A stretch of 59,576 nucleotides of DNA from Flavobacteriales bacterium (lineage in GTDB: Bacteria > Bacteroidota > Bacteroidia > Flavobacteriales_D > Crocinitomicaceae): the NCBI GenBank assembly GCA_947505255.1, contig CANNKP010000001.1, positions 1 to 59,576 on the forward strand, given 5' to 3'. The notes below the pieces were generated by a model, which was not told where the DNA came from, ran no database searches, and worked only from the letters and a program-made list of their open reading frames with translations. This document shows positions 44,790-54,079 of this stretch, one piece after another (position 1 is the first letter of the stretch; each line of letters begins with the position of its first letter). A program made the position numbers and the translations under genes.

Positions 44790-47135
44790 ATGTTGCGTAC
44801 TTTTCTTTTATTTCTAATTATTCCATCACTTTCAATTGCTCAAAACAACACTCAAACGATTCGAGGTAATATTACAGACAAACTATCTCAAACACCTTTA
44901 TTTGGCGCCTCTGTTCAACTTATTTCATTTGAAACCGGAACAATTTCAGATTCAATCGGCAATTTTACCTTTGTAAATATTCCACCGAATAGATATGACC
45001 TTAAAGTAAGTTATATTGGATATAAAACACTAATTATTCCAAATATTGTCGTGACATCTGGTAAGGAAGTGATCCTTGACATTGCATTAGAAGAAGATTT
45101 TCAACAACTCAACGAAGTTACGATCAAAGCAACAAATAAGGGAGGCACAATCAATAAATTGGCAAGTGTAAGCGCTCGAACGTTTTCAATGGAAGAAGTG
45201 AATCGCTATGCTGGAGGAAGAAGTGACCCTGCTCGTTTAGCCGCAAATTTCGCCGGTGTGAGTGCGCCAGATGATAGTCGAAATGATATTGTTATCCGCG
45301 GAAATTCTCCAATTGGTGTCTTATGGCGAATCGATGGGATGAATGTTACAAACCCAAATCACTTTGCTTCAGTTGGAACAACAGGAGGTGCAGTAAGTGC
45401 ATTAAATACTAATTTATTAAAGAATTCTGACTTTTTAACTTCAGCTTTTCCTTCAGAATATGGCAATGCTACAGCTGGCGTATTTGACCTCGGCTTTAGA
45501 AATGGTAATAATAAAAAGCGCGAAACAACAGTTCAAGCTGGAGTAATTACTGGACTGGAATTAACCACAGAAGGTCCTTTTAGTAAAAAAAGTGATGCCT
45601 CTTATTTAATTGGTTATCGCTATTCGTTAGCTGGAATTGCTCAGGCTGTAGGTGTAAATATTGGAACAACAGCTACGCCGTCCTATCAAGATCTTTCCTT
45701 TAAATTTAATAGTGGAAACACAAAATTGGGAAGGTTCTCACTGTTTGGAATTTTAGCTTCTAGCACAATAGAAATTGGTGGTGGTCCTCAAAACAGCCTT
45801 TATGGAAATGGTAATAAAGTTGATTTTGCTAGTAAAATTGGAATGGGAGGATTGAGTCATTTTAAGCAAATCAATACAAAATCGTTCATTTCTTCCACTT
45901 TTGGAGTAAATTATTCGAGCACAGATCAAACATCATATGACATTGACCACATGACGGACAGCAGTTTTATTCGTGAAGTGAGTAATGTAGCAAAAACAAC
46001 CTATTTTTTAAGTAGTAGTTATAATATAAAAATTAATTCCCGACTTTTCTTTAAAGCTGGAATTCAAGATGAAATCATTGGTTTAAATCTTTATTATAAA
46101 ACAAAAGACAATATTTTTGCTCCAGAAAAGCAAATTTGGGATTACAATAGCAGCACGAATTTGGCTCAAGCGTATGTTCATTTAAAATACGCGTTAACAA
46201 ATAAATTAATAGTGAACGCAGGAATCCATTCTCAACTATTTTTTCTAAATAATTCGACTTCAATTGAACCTCGATTAGGATTAATTTATAATTTAAACAA
46301 TAAAAGCAGCCTTAATTTTGGCTATGGCTTGCACTCACAAATGCAACCAATAAATGTCTATTTCTTACAAAGTTTAGATACTGATGGTAATATCGTTTAT
46401 AATAATAAGAACCTTGATTTCACTAAAAGTAGCCATTTTGTGTTAGGCTATAACATTCAACCGTTCAATGATTGGAGAATTAAAACGGAAGTTTATTATC
46501 AATCCCTTTATAATGTTCCGGTTAATTCATATTCAAGTAGTTATTCCATGTTAAATACAGGTGCAACTTTTAAAACGGAACTAACTGACAGTTTAATAAA
46601 CAATGGGATAGGAACCAATTACGGTGTTGAACTCACAGTTGAAAAGTTCTTCAATAAAGGATACTATGGCTTATTTACAGCTTCCATATACAATTCAACC
46701 TATCAAGGCAGTGATGAGATTGAACGCAACACTGCCTTTAATGGGAAATATGTGTTCAATATATTAGCTGGTAAAGAATGGAGAATTGGTCAAGAAAAAA
46801 GAAATCGCTTTTCCTTGGATGTTAAATTCACCAATGCAGGAGGAAGAGCCTACACTAAAACTGATTTAGTTACGTCTAATATTGTTGGACACGAGGTGTT
46901 CTCATCAGACATCTATTCAAGCTTTTACGCTAATTACTACCGATTAGATTTGAAAGCAGGTTTTACATTAAACAGTGCAAAAAGAAAAATAGCACAAACT
47001 CTTTCCTTAGACTTACAAAATGTAACGAATCATAAAAATGTATTTTCTCAAAGCTACGACAGCAAATCGAAAACAATAAGTACAACTTATCAATTAGGTT
47101 TTTTCCCAAATGTTGTTTACAAAATTCAATTTTAG
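44790..47135 (+). CDS. TonB-dependent outer-membrane receptor with an N-terminal carboxypeptidase-regulatory-like domain
   Basis: Signal peptide, CarbopepD_reg-like IRGNITDK...GASV...GNFTF...YDLKVSYIGY, a plug region, a long beta-barrel and a terminal aromatic residue (..YKIQF). Confidence 0.82.
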   Translation: MLRTFLLFLIIPSLSIAQNNTQTIRGNITDKLSQTPLFGASVQLISFETGTISDSIGNFTFVNIPPNRYDLKVSYIGYKTLIIPNIVVTSGKEVILDIALEEDFQQLNEVTIKATNKGGTINKLASVSARTFSMEEVNRYAGGRSDPARLAANFAGVSAPDDSRNDIVIRGNSPIGVLWRIDGMNVTNPNHFASVGTTGGAVSALNTNLLKNSDFLTSAFPSEYGNATAGVFDLGFRNGNNKKRETTVQAGVITGLELTTEGPFSKKSDASYLIGYRYSLAGIAQAVGVNIGTTATPSYQDLSFKFNSGNTKLGRFSLFGILASSTIEIGGGPQNSLYGNGNKVDFASKIGMGGLSHFKQINTKSFISSTFGVNYSSTDQTSYDIDHMTDSSFIREVSNVAKTTYFLSSSYNIKINSRLFFKAGIQDEIIGLNLYYKTKDNIFAPEKQIWDYNSSTNLAQAYVHLKYALTNKLIVNAGIHSQLFFLNNSTSIEPRLGLIYNLNNKSSLNFGYGLHSQMQPINVYFLQSLDTDGNIVYNNKNLDFTKSSHFVLGYNIQPFNDWRIKTEVYYQSLYNVPVNSYSSSYSMLNTGATFKTELTDSLINNGIGTNYGVELTVEKFFNKGYYGLFTASIYNSTYQGSDEIERNTAFNGKYVFNILAGKEWRIGQEKRNRFSLDVKFTNAGGRAYTKTDLVTSNIVGHEVFSSDIYSSFYANYYRLDLKAGFTLNSAKRKIAQTLSLDLQNVTNHKNVFSQSYDSKSKTISTTYQLGFFPNVVYKIQF

Positions 47136-47365
47136 AAAAAAGAAAATACATTTTTGATTCTTAATTGTATAATTCAAACTGAGCGAAAACAGAAACGGAA
47201 ATAACGAATCTTCATTTCGAAAACAATTATTAAAAAAACTTATTTCGATAATTAAAGGTCGTTTCAAAAACGTTAATAACCGATTGTCAAATCATTTAAT
47301 CAAAAAGCTTCTTTAGAGCTAAACATTGACGACTTTTGTATGTTATGAAATTATAAAACTACAAA

Positions 47366-48145
47366 ATGACAATACAAATAGATACGATAAAAAAGACAAT
47401 TGAACCTTTACGTCAGGGGATAATTAATCACAAAGTTTATGCAGCAATTAAAGACATTGAGGACTTAAAAATCTTTATGCAATATCATATTTATGCTGTT
47501 TGGGATTTTATGTCTTTACTAAAATCCTTACAAAACAATTTGACGTGTACAAGCGTTCCATGGTTCCCTATAGGTTCAGCCGAGACGAGACATCTAATAA
47601 ACGAAATTGTTGTTGGTGAAGAATCAGATGTTGACTTAAATGGTATTCGAAAAAGTCATTTCGAATTATACCTTGACGCAATGAAACAATGCGGAGCAGA
47701 TACTCTTCAAATTGAAAATTTCATTGAAGTATTAAAGAATACAGGAGACTTTAAAGCAGCATATACAACTTCAAATACACCCGAAGAAGCAAGAAAATTT
47801 GTAGATTATACGTTCAAAATTATCGACAGTAAAAAAGCGTATTTACAAGCAGCAATTTTCACTTTTGGTCGTGAAGATCTAATACCAGGAATGTTCATTT
47901 CATTAGTTAATGATATTCATAAAAACTTTCCAGAGGACATTTCAATTTTCAAATATTATCTTGAAAGACATATTGAGGTTGATGGCGACCATCACAGTCA
48001 TTTGGCATTGCAAATGACATCAAACTTATGCGGTACCAACGACCAATTTTGGGATGAAGCTGAAAAAGCAACTATTGAATCACTAAAAAAACGCATCGAA
48101 CTTTGGGATGGCGCATACACTCAAATAATGAAAAGTAAAGAATAA
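47366..48145 (+). CDS. DUF3050 (heme-oxygenase-like fold) protein
   Basis: HKVYAAIKDIEDLKIFMQYHIYAVWDFMSLLKSLQ...PW.P...INEIVVGEESD...SHFELYLDAM matches my recollection of DUF3050. Confidence 0.65.
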   Translation: MTIQIDTIKKTIEPLRQGIINHKVYAAIKDIEDLKIFMQYHIYAVWDFMSLLKSLQNNLTCTSVPWFPIGSAETRHLINEIVVGEESDVDLNGIRKSHFELYLDAMKQCGADTLQIENFIEVLKNTGDFKAAYTTSNTPEEARKFVDYTFKIIDSKKAYLQAAIFTFGREDLIPGMFISLVNDIHKNFPEDISIFKYYLERHIEVDGDHHSHLALQMTSNLCGTNDQFWDEAEKATIESLKKRIELWDGAYTQIMKSKE

Positions 48146-48354
48146 TATTATTTAAATCAGCCAATAAAGAAGATGAGGCGTTATGTTAGGCCGTGATAAT
48201 TTTTAATAAAGATCTAATCATTTGGTAGGAAGCAATTAAACTTTCTATAAAATTTAATGATATGTCAAGATTAATTAATGAAAATTGATTAAGTTTATCT
48301 TCAGTTGATTAATAACGAAAGAACATTCATAATTTACATTAAGATCAAACGCTG

Positions 48355-50136
48355 ATGTCAAAAAATATTTTTATACTTCTGTTATCCTTAATTCTTCAAG
48401 TTTATAATACAAGGATAAATGCTCAAATTCCTATTGGAACATATAATGGAATTGACTATGCTACAGCTTATACAAATCCTAATTCTGGTGCTGCTTGTAC
48501 AGATATTCCTGCAATCAATGCGGCATTAGGCGATGCAGATTTCATTAATGGAACAGCCGAAATACCTTTAGGATGGTCTTTTTCAGGCACTTGGAACTCA
48601 GGCGCAACATATACAGATGGACCGGGTAGTGAAGTGCTTTTGGTTTCTTTACATACCTATACCGAAACATGGAGTGTGGCTTTACGTTTATCCGATGGAA
48701 CAACCACAGCCTTTTCTACATACGCTTTAACTATTGTAACAAACAATGCTTCTGGGTCACTTCAAGCTTGTAGTTTTTTTCCTGGTCCTTATGATTATGA
48801 GCGTCCTTCTCAGGAGTTAGACTTTGCTAGTTATGCAATTCCAGCTGGTGTTGGAGTAATTGGAATTATTTTTGAACCTTTAAGTGATGGTGCGGCAGAT
48901 CCGGACCCACATGGTGTAATTATTCTTGACAACACTCCTATTTTGGATCCTGGATCTACGATTACTGTTGGGTCAACTTGTTTTAATTCATGTGATGGAA
49001 TTGCAGCAGTAGTGGACGGACCCGATGCTCCATACACCTATCAATGGGATGCTGCAGCTGGCAATGTAACAACTCAATCTGTTTCTAATTTATGCCCTGG
49101 ATCCTATACCGTTTATGCATATGGGGCAACTGGTTCTATTGATACATTGGTTGCTACTATTATTGCTTACCCAGAACTTACTATTTCATTGGTATCTGCT
49201 ACTTCTACATTTTGCTATGGAGAACTTGGACAAATACTCGTTATTGGAGCCGGGACATATCCGTATCAATATTCAATTAATGGTTCAGCATTTGGCTCCT
49301 CAGGAATTTTTAATTCACTTCCAGCAGGTGATTATACGCTAACTGTTCAGGATGCGAATTTATGTTTGGATTCATTGACAAGTACATTAATTGAGGGTGC
49401 AGAGATAGTGTCAAGCCAAGCAGCTACAGATGAAATTTGTCTAGGTGATTGTCAAGGAACGATTTCATTGAATGCAACTGGTGACTCGCCATTTAGCTAT
49501 AGTATTGATGGTTGTGTAACTTCACTTACAACTGGAAATTTCACAGATCTTTGTGTTGGAAATTATAACATTTGTATAGAAGACAATAATGCATGTCAAT
49601 ATACAAGTGTATTGACTATTAACCCTGGTGCAGTGATGGAAATTCCTTCAACTATATTAATAGACACTGTAATTTGCATTGGCGAAGTTTATACAGTTAC
49701 GGCTACAGATCAAAATATAAACACAACTAGTTTTGCATGGGAAAATGGCACACAAGGACCAAGTATTCAAGTATCTTCTGCAGGCACTTATAATGTAACA
49801 CTTTCCAACCTTTGTGAAACGAGCCTGGATTCAGTTATTATTCAAACTAAATTATGTGATATAGAAGTTCCAAATGTAATTTCTCTTGCAGCAGGTTCAC
49901 AGAATCCATTGTGGTACGTTCAAGCTGAAGGCCTAAATTCCTTTAATTTGGTCATAACAAACAGATGGGGTGAAGTGGTTTATGAATGCAATGATGCCAA
50001 AGCGAATTGCTCATGGAATGGTACAAATAAAGGTGGAAGTTATGTGAAAGAAGGTACATATTTCTATATAATAGATGCCACGATCGAAGGCGGAAAACCA
50101 CTTCAAAAACAAGGGTTTATTCAGGTCGTTGAATGA
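48355..50136 (+). CDS. Secreted protein with an unassigned N-terminal domain of about 200 aa, three SprB-type repeats and a T9SS type-B C-terminal sorting domain
   Basis: Signal peptide. SprB-like repeats read C..CDG...PY.YQW; CYGELGQI...YPYQYSINGSAF...LPAGDYTLTVQDANLC; and CLGDCQGTI...PFSYSIDG. The C-terminus has NRWGEVVYE...GTYFYII. Confidence 0.8.
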   Translation: MSKNIFILLLSLILQVYNTRINAQIPIGTYNGIDYATAYTNPNSGAACTDIPAINAALGDADFINGTAEIPLGWSFSGTWNSGATYTDGPGSEVLLVSLHTYTETWSVALRLSDGTTTAFSTYALTIVTNNASGSLQACSFFPGPYDYERPSQELDFASYAIPAGVGVIGIIFEPLSDGAADPDPHGVIILDNTPILDPGSTITVGSTCFNSCDGIAAVVDGPDAPYTYQWDAAAGNVTTQSVSNLCPGSYTVYAYGATGSIDTLVATIIAYPELTISLVSATSTFCYGELGQILVIGAGTYPYQYSINGSAFGSSGIFNSLPAGDYTLTVQDANLCLDSLTSTLIEGAEIVSSQAATDEICLGDCQGTISLNATGDSPFSYSIDGCVTSLTTGNFTDLCVGNYNICIEDNNACQYTSVLTINPGAVMEIPSTILIDTVICIGEVYTVTATDQNINTTSFAWENGTQGPSIQVSSAGTYNVTLSNLCETSLDSVIIQTKLCDIEVPNVISLAAGSQNPLWYVQAEGLNSFNLVITNRWGEVVYECNDAKANCSWNGTNKGGSYVKEGTYFYIIDATIEGGKPLQKQGFIQVVE

Positions 50137-50366
50137 TAGAAAATTAAGATTATTTATTTATCCAGAAATCTTATTCATACCGAACTATAGATGCGGCACA
50201 AAGAATTACTTTTCGAAATGATTGGCAAAGGCAGTTAAATTGTATTGATTCAAAACTACATCAAATTATTTGCTAGGTGCAATAATTCTTATTGCTGTTT
50301 GGTTCGTAGCTGATTATTTTTTAATTCCAGCATATTGAAAAAAATTTTTATTGAAGGACTTTAAAT

Positions 50367-50374
50367 TATTTTTG
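50367..50374 (+). promoter_or_regulatory. Candidate -7 box (TATTTTTG)
   Basis: Matches TAnnTTTG and ends 16 nt before the ATG at 50391. Confidence 0.3.
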
Positions 50375-50390
50375 AAATAAAAATCTCCAA

Positions 50391-51080
50391 ATGGAATTTG
50401 AAACAATTAAACCGACAACTCTTTCATATCTTCAGGAATTATCCAAAAACAACGACCGCGATTGGTTTAACAGTCATAAAGATGAATATCTCTATGGGTA
50501 TGACAACATGTGCAGTTTTGTTGGACAGCTTTTAATTGAAATGAACAAGCACGATCAGTTAGAAAATGATTCCGCAAAGAAATGTTTGTATAGAATATAT
50601 AGCGACACGCGTTTTAGTAAGGATAAAGCACCATATAAAACAAGATTCGCAGCTGGATTTCGTCGAGCAACAAAATTCAAAAGAGGCGGGTATTATTTGA
50701 ATATTTCTCCAGGAAATAATTATTTAGCCTGTGGTTTTTTTAATCCAAATGCCGAAGATTTAAAACGAATTAGACAAGATATTGAATACAATTTTAAGGA
50801 ATGGAATACCATATTGAATTCTAAAAATATAGAAGAAAATTTCGGGAATTTAACTGGCAATAAAGTTCTTACCGCACCCAGAGGTTTCAACAAAGACCAT
50901 GAGGCAATCGAATTAATTCGATACAAACAATTCATTTTGCGGCATGATTTTACCGATCAAGAAGTAATATCGCCCGGATTTTTAATAAGCGTAAACAATG
51001 TATTTAAATCAGTGCGTCCTTTTTTTGATCATCTGAGCGAAATACTTACAACTGATGAAAATGGAGAAACAAACGTTTAA
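50391..51080 (+). CDS. DUF2461 (TIGR02453) family protein
   Basis: The N-terminal LSYLQELSKNNDRDWFNSHKDEYL and RIYSDTRFSKDKAPYKT blocks are characteristic of the family. Confidence 0.75.
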   Translation: MEFETIKPTTLSYLQELSKNNDRDWFNSHKDEYLYGYDNMCSFVGQLLIEMNKHDQLENDSAKKCLYRIYSDTRFSKDKAPYKTRFAAGFRRATKFKRGGYYLNISPGNNYLACGFFNPNAEDLKRIRQDIEYNFKEWNTILNSKNIEENFGNLTGNKVLTAPRGFNKDHEAIELIRYKQFILRHDFTDQEVISPGFLISVNNVFKSVRPFFDHLSEILTTDENGETNV

Positions 51081-51087
51081 AAGAAAG

Positions 51088-51385
51088 CTATGACAATTTG
51101 TTTTTAATATCTTTTGACCAAAACAGAAAGACGAAAACAACCGATGGAATGAGAAAAAAGGAGGAAAAAGCAACTGCAAAAGCGCTCCCCACTTCATAAC
51201 TAATTGCAGCCCATAGCACTGTGACAGCATAAACAAGTGTTTTCTTTTTTAAACGTGTTATTTATACTGATTTCAACCCTGTCTAAACGGCCCATCAATT
51301 CATCTCTCAATTAGTGCGAAGCACAATATTGACAATATGCATCCTGAGTACCTATTTCTTTTTGACATTTAACACAACTCTTCAT
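51088..51385 (-). pseudogene. Probable decayed small zinc-ribbon + 2-TM protein gene (one in-frame TAA plus a 1-nt frame change at an A6 run)
   Basis: The ATG at 51385 gives MKSCVKCQKEIGTQDAYCQYCASH, then TAA (51313-51311). The same frame continues LRDELMGRLDRVEISINNTFKK up to the A6 run (plus-strand T6 at 51245-51250). The +1 frame then reads KKKTLVYAVTVLWAAISYEVGSAFAVAFSSFFLIPSVVFVFLFWSKDIKNKLS, ending at the stop at 51090-51088. Confidence 0.45.
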
Positions 51386-51504
51386 ATCAAACTTGAATAT
51401 TTTTTTGACCAAATTATAAAATTAAATGTATCAATTGACAATCTGTTTTTTTAAACTATCCGTTCTCAACTTTAAACTTTTACACGATTCACGAATCAAT
51501 TCCT

Positions 51505-51512
51505 TACCTTTG
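51505..51512 (+). promoter_or_regulatory. Candidate -7 box (TACCTTTG) upstream of rlmN
   Basis: Matches TAnnTTTG and ends 9 nt before the ATG at 51522. Confidence 0.35.
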
Positions 51513-51521
51513 CAGCAGTAA

Positions 51522-52595
51522 ATGGCAGACAGCAAAGAAAATATTAGAAACCTATCCTTCGAAGAGCTAAAAAAAGCTTTAGAAAAATTGGACGAAAAAA
51601 CCTTTCGTTCCAAGCAGGTTTATGAATGGCTATGGCAAAAAAACGCTGCTACGTTTGAAGAAATGTCTAACCTGAGCAAAGACCTTCGTCTTAAATTAGA
51701 TGAACATTTTTTTATTGATCACATCACGCTTGATGACCAACAAATAAGTTCAGATAAAACTATCAAATGCGCTTTTTCTATTGGTGAAGGTAAAGTTGTT
51801 GAAGGCGTTTTAATCCCAACATCTTCAAGAACAACAGCATGCATATCATCACAAGTTGGTTGCAGTTTGTCATGCACCTTTTGCGCTACAGGAAGGTTGA
51901 AATTAATGCGGAATTTAACAGCTGGTGAAATTGTTGACCAAGTTGTTTATTTGAGAGAACAAGCTGAAAACAGGTACAATACTCCCCTATCCAATATCGT
52001 ATATATGGGAATGGGCGAGCCGCTTTTAAATTATAAAAATGTTCTTCGTTCAGTTGAATTATTGACATCAGAGGAAGGATTAGGAATGTCTCCAAAACGC
52101 ATAACAGTATCAACTGCAGGAATTGCTAAAATGATCCGAAAATTAGGTGATGATGAAGTGAAATTCAACTTAGCTATTTCATTACATGCTGCTAATGATA
52201 AAAAACGCAGTCACATCATGGAAATTAATGATTCCAATAATCTTGAGGAATTAGCTGACTCTTTGAGGTATTTTCATGAAAAGACAGGATCTAGAGTAAC
52301 GTTTGAATATATTATTTTCAAAGATTTCAATGACACGAAAGAAGACGCACAAGAATTAGCTGAATTTGCCAAATGTGTTCCATGTAAAATCAATATTATT
52401 GAATACAATCCAATTGATGATAGTGAATTTCAACAAGCGGATAAAAACAAAGTAGATGATTTCGCTGACTATCTAGAATCTAAAAATTTGGTTGTTAATG
52501 TGCGCCGAAGTCGAGGTAAAGATATTGATGCAGCATGCGGTCAATTGGCCAACAAAAACAAAGCTATACTGAAAGAAGAGAGAGCACTGAAATAA
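51522..52595 (+). CDS. rlmN: 23S rRNA/tRNA adenine-C2 methyltransferase, radical SAM
   Basis: FRSKQVYEWLW N-terminus, GCSLSCTFCATG (CxxxCxxC), MGMGEPLLNY, and C-terminal DIDAACGQL with the catalytic Cys. Confidence 0.95.
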   Translation: MADSKENIRNLSFEELKKALEKLDEKTFRSKQVYEWLWQKNAATFEEMSNLSKDLRLKLDEHFFIDHITLDDQQISSDKTIKCAFSIGEGKVVEGVLIPTSSRTTACISSQVGCSLSCTFCATGRLKLMRNLTAGEIVDQVVYLREQAENRYNTPLSNIVYMGMGEPLLNYKNVLRSVELLTSEEGLGMSPKRITVSTAGIAKMIRKLGDDEVKFNLAISLHAANDKKRSHIMEINDSNNLEELADSLRYFHEKTGSRVTFEYIIFKDFNDTKEDAQELAEFAKCVPCKINIIEYNPIDDSEFQQADKNKVDDFADYLESKNLVVNVRRSRGKDIDAACGQLANKNKAILKEERALK

Positions 52596-52690
52596 CTCAA
52601 TTAGATTTACATCTATTTTTTCATTGAAAAAGATATAAACAAGACCACTTTTTAGCATAAAAAACACAATGTAACACTTATATTTGTGTC

Positions 52691-53662
52691 ATGTTGACAG
52701 TAAAGGAAATGATGAAGCCAATTGAATCAGAAATGACTGAATTCGAAATTCGCTTTCGTCAAAGTATGAAATCTACAGTTCCATTACTTGACAAAATCAC
52801 CCATTACATCATCCGCAGAAAAGGGAAGCAAATGCGTCCGATGTTCATTTTTTTAACAGCAAAAATGTTAGGAACAATGAACGACAGAGTATACGATGCG
52901 GCATCATTAGTTGAATTGTTGCATACAGCAACTTTGGTGCACGATGACGTTGTTGACGATGCCAACGAAAGACGTGGTTTCTTTTCTGTCAATGCATTAT
53001 GGAAAAATAAAATTGCCGTATTAGTTGGTGACTTCATGCTTTCAAAAGTGTTGTTGTTATCAATCGAAAAAAATAATCTGCGTTTACTTGAAATTGTTGC
53101 ACGAGCAGTTCGAGAAATGAGTGAAGGTGAATTATTACAAATTGAAAAAGCACGAAAATTAGATATTACGGAAGAAATCTATTTTGAAGTAATCCGTCAA
53201 AAAACAGCTTCATTAATTGCAACATGTTGCGAAGGTGGCGCTGTAGCTGTTGACCGGGAAGATATGGCACCTATAATGCGTCAATTTGGAGAATTAGTTG
53301 GTTTGGCTTTTCAAATAAAAGATGATATTTTTGACTATGGAACACCAGAAAATATTGGAAAACCTACAGGAATAGACATTCGTGAAAGAAAAATGACTTT
53401 GCCTTTGATTTATACTTTAAATACTGCTTCAATTGAGGTGAAACGAGAATTAATCAATATTATTAAAAATAAAAATGAAGATCCAACATACGTGAATCGT
53501 GCGATTGAATTAGTAATAGCCCATGGTGGGATTGAATATGCACATGCTAAAATGATGGAATTGAAAACTCAAGCACTTGCATTATTGACAGAGATCCCTG
53601 ATTCAGAAGCAAAACGGTCAATTATCGGTCTAGTTGAATATACAACTTTTAGAGAAAAATAA
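52691..53662 (+). CDS. Polyprenyl diphosphate synthase (trans-IPPS, long-chain, IspB-like)
   Basis: KQMRP, first DDxxD region LVHDDVVDD..RRG, second Asp-rich motif FQIKDDIFDY, and GKPTGIDIRERKMTLP. Confidence 0.9.
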   Translation: MLTVKEMMKPIESEMTEFEIRFRQSMKSTVPLLDKITHYIIRRKGKQMRPMFIFLTAKMLGTMNDRVYDAASLVELLHTATLVHDDVVDDANERRGFFSVNALWKNKIAVLVGDFMLSKVLLLSIEKNNLRLLEIVARAVREMSEGELLQIEKARKLDITEEIYFEVIRQKTASLIATCCEGGAVAVDREDMAPIMRQFGELVGLAFQIKDDIFDYGTPENIGKPTGIDIRERKMTLPLIYTLNTASIEVKRELINIIKNKNEDPTYVNRAIELVIAHGGIEYAHAKMMELKTQALALLTEIPDSEAKRSIIGLVEYTTFREK

Positions 53663-53671
53663 ATTTACATT

Positions 53672-54079
53672 ATGAAACAATTTATCCTTTTTATCATAAC
53701 CATCATTCTTGTTTCTTGTTCAAGTGAAGATGCACAAGAAACTAAAGTTCCAGAAAAACAAGAAGTATTAGTTGAAATAAAAGATGGGGTTTACACGGAA
53801 TGGTACCCTGGCAAACAACAAGTAAAATACAAGGGAGCGCAAGACGAGAAACAACTTAGAAATGGACTTTGGACATATTACAGCATAAACGGTTCTGAAT
53901 TATCTGTGACAATTTATGAACACGGTTTACGTGAAGGATTTACAGTTGTTAAATACCCAAATGGCGTCTTGCACTATAGAGGAGAATACCACAAAGATGC
54001 AATTGTTGGCGTTTGGACAACTTATGATGAAAAAGGGAAATTATTATCTGAAAAGGATTACGGTCATCCAGTAGAATAA
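53672..54079 (+). CDS. MORN-variant repeat (YwqK-like) lipoprotein
   Basis: Lipoprotein signal ...ILVSCSS. Repeated G.W..YY.NG / G....YPNG....G.Y..D..VG.W..YDEKGKL units. Confidence 0.6.
   Translation: MKQFILFIITIILVSCSSEDAQETKVPEKQEVLVEIKDGVYTEWYPGKQQVKYKGAQDEKQLRNGLWTYYSINGSELSVTIYEHGLREGFTVVKYPNGVLHYRGEYHKDAIVGVWTTYDEKGKLLSEKDYGHPVE

Noticed and set aside
50137-50390. Short ORFs (for example MRHKELLFEMIGKGS, and a 22-codon hydrophobic fragment LLGAIILIAVWFVADYFLIPAY) in the 254-bp gap after the second T9SS protein
   Set aside because: They are too short, have no motif and no coherent frame continuity. They may be gene remnants, but this is not supportable from sequence alone.
51009-51236. 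75-aa minus-strand ORF from the track as a real gene
   Set aside because: It starts at TTG, overlaps the 3' end of the DUF2461 gene, and has an implausible composition. A different frame of the same DNA gives a much more protein-like two-TM sequence, reported as part of the decayed zinc-ribbon gene.
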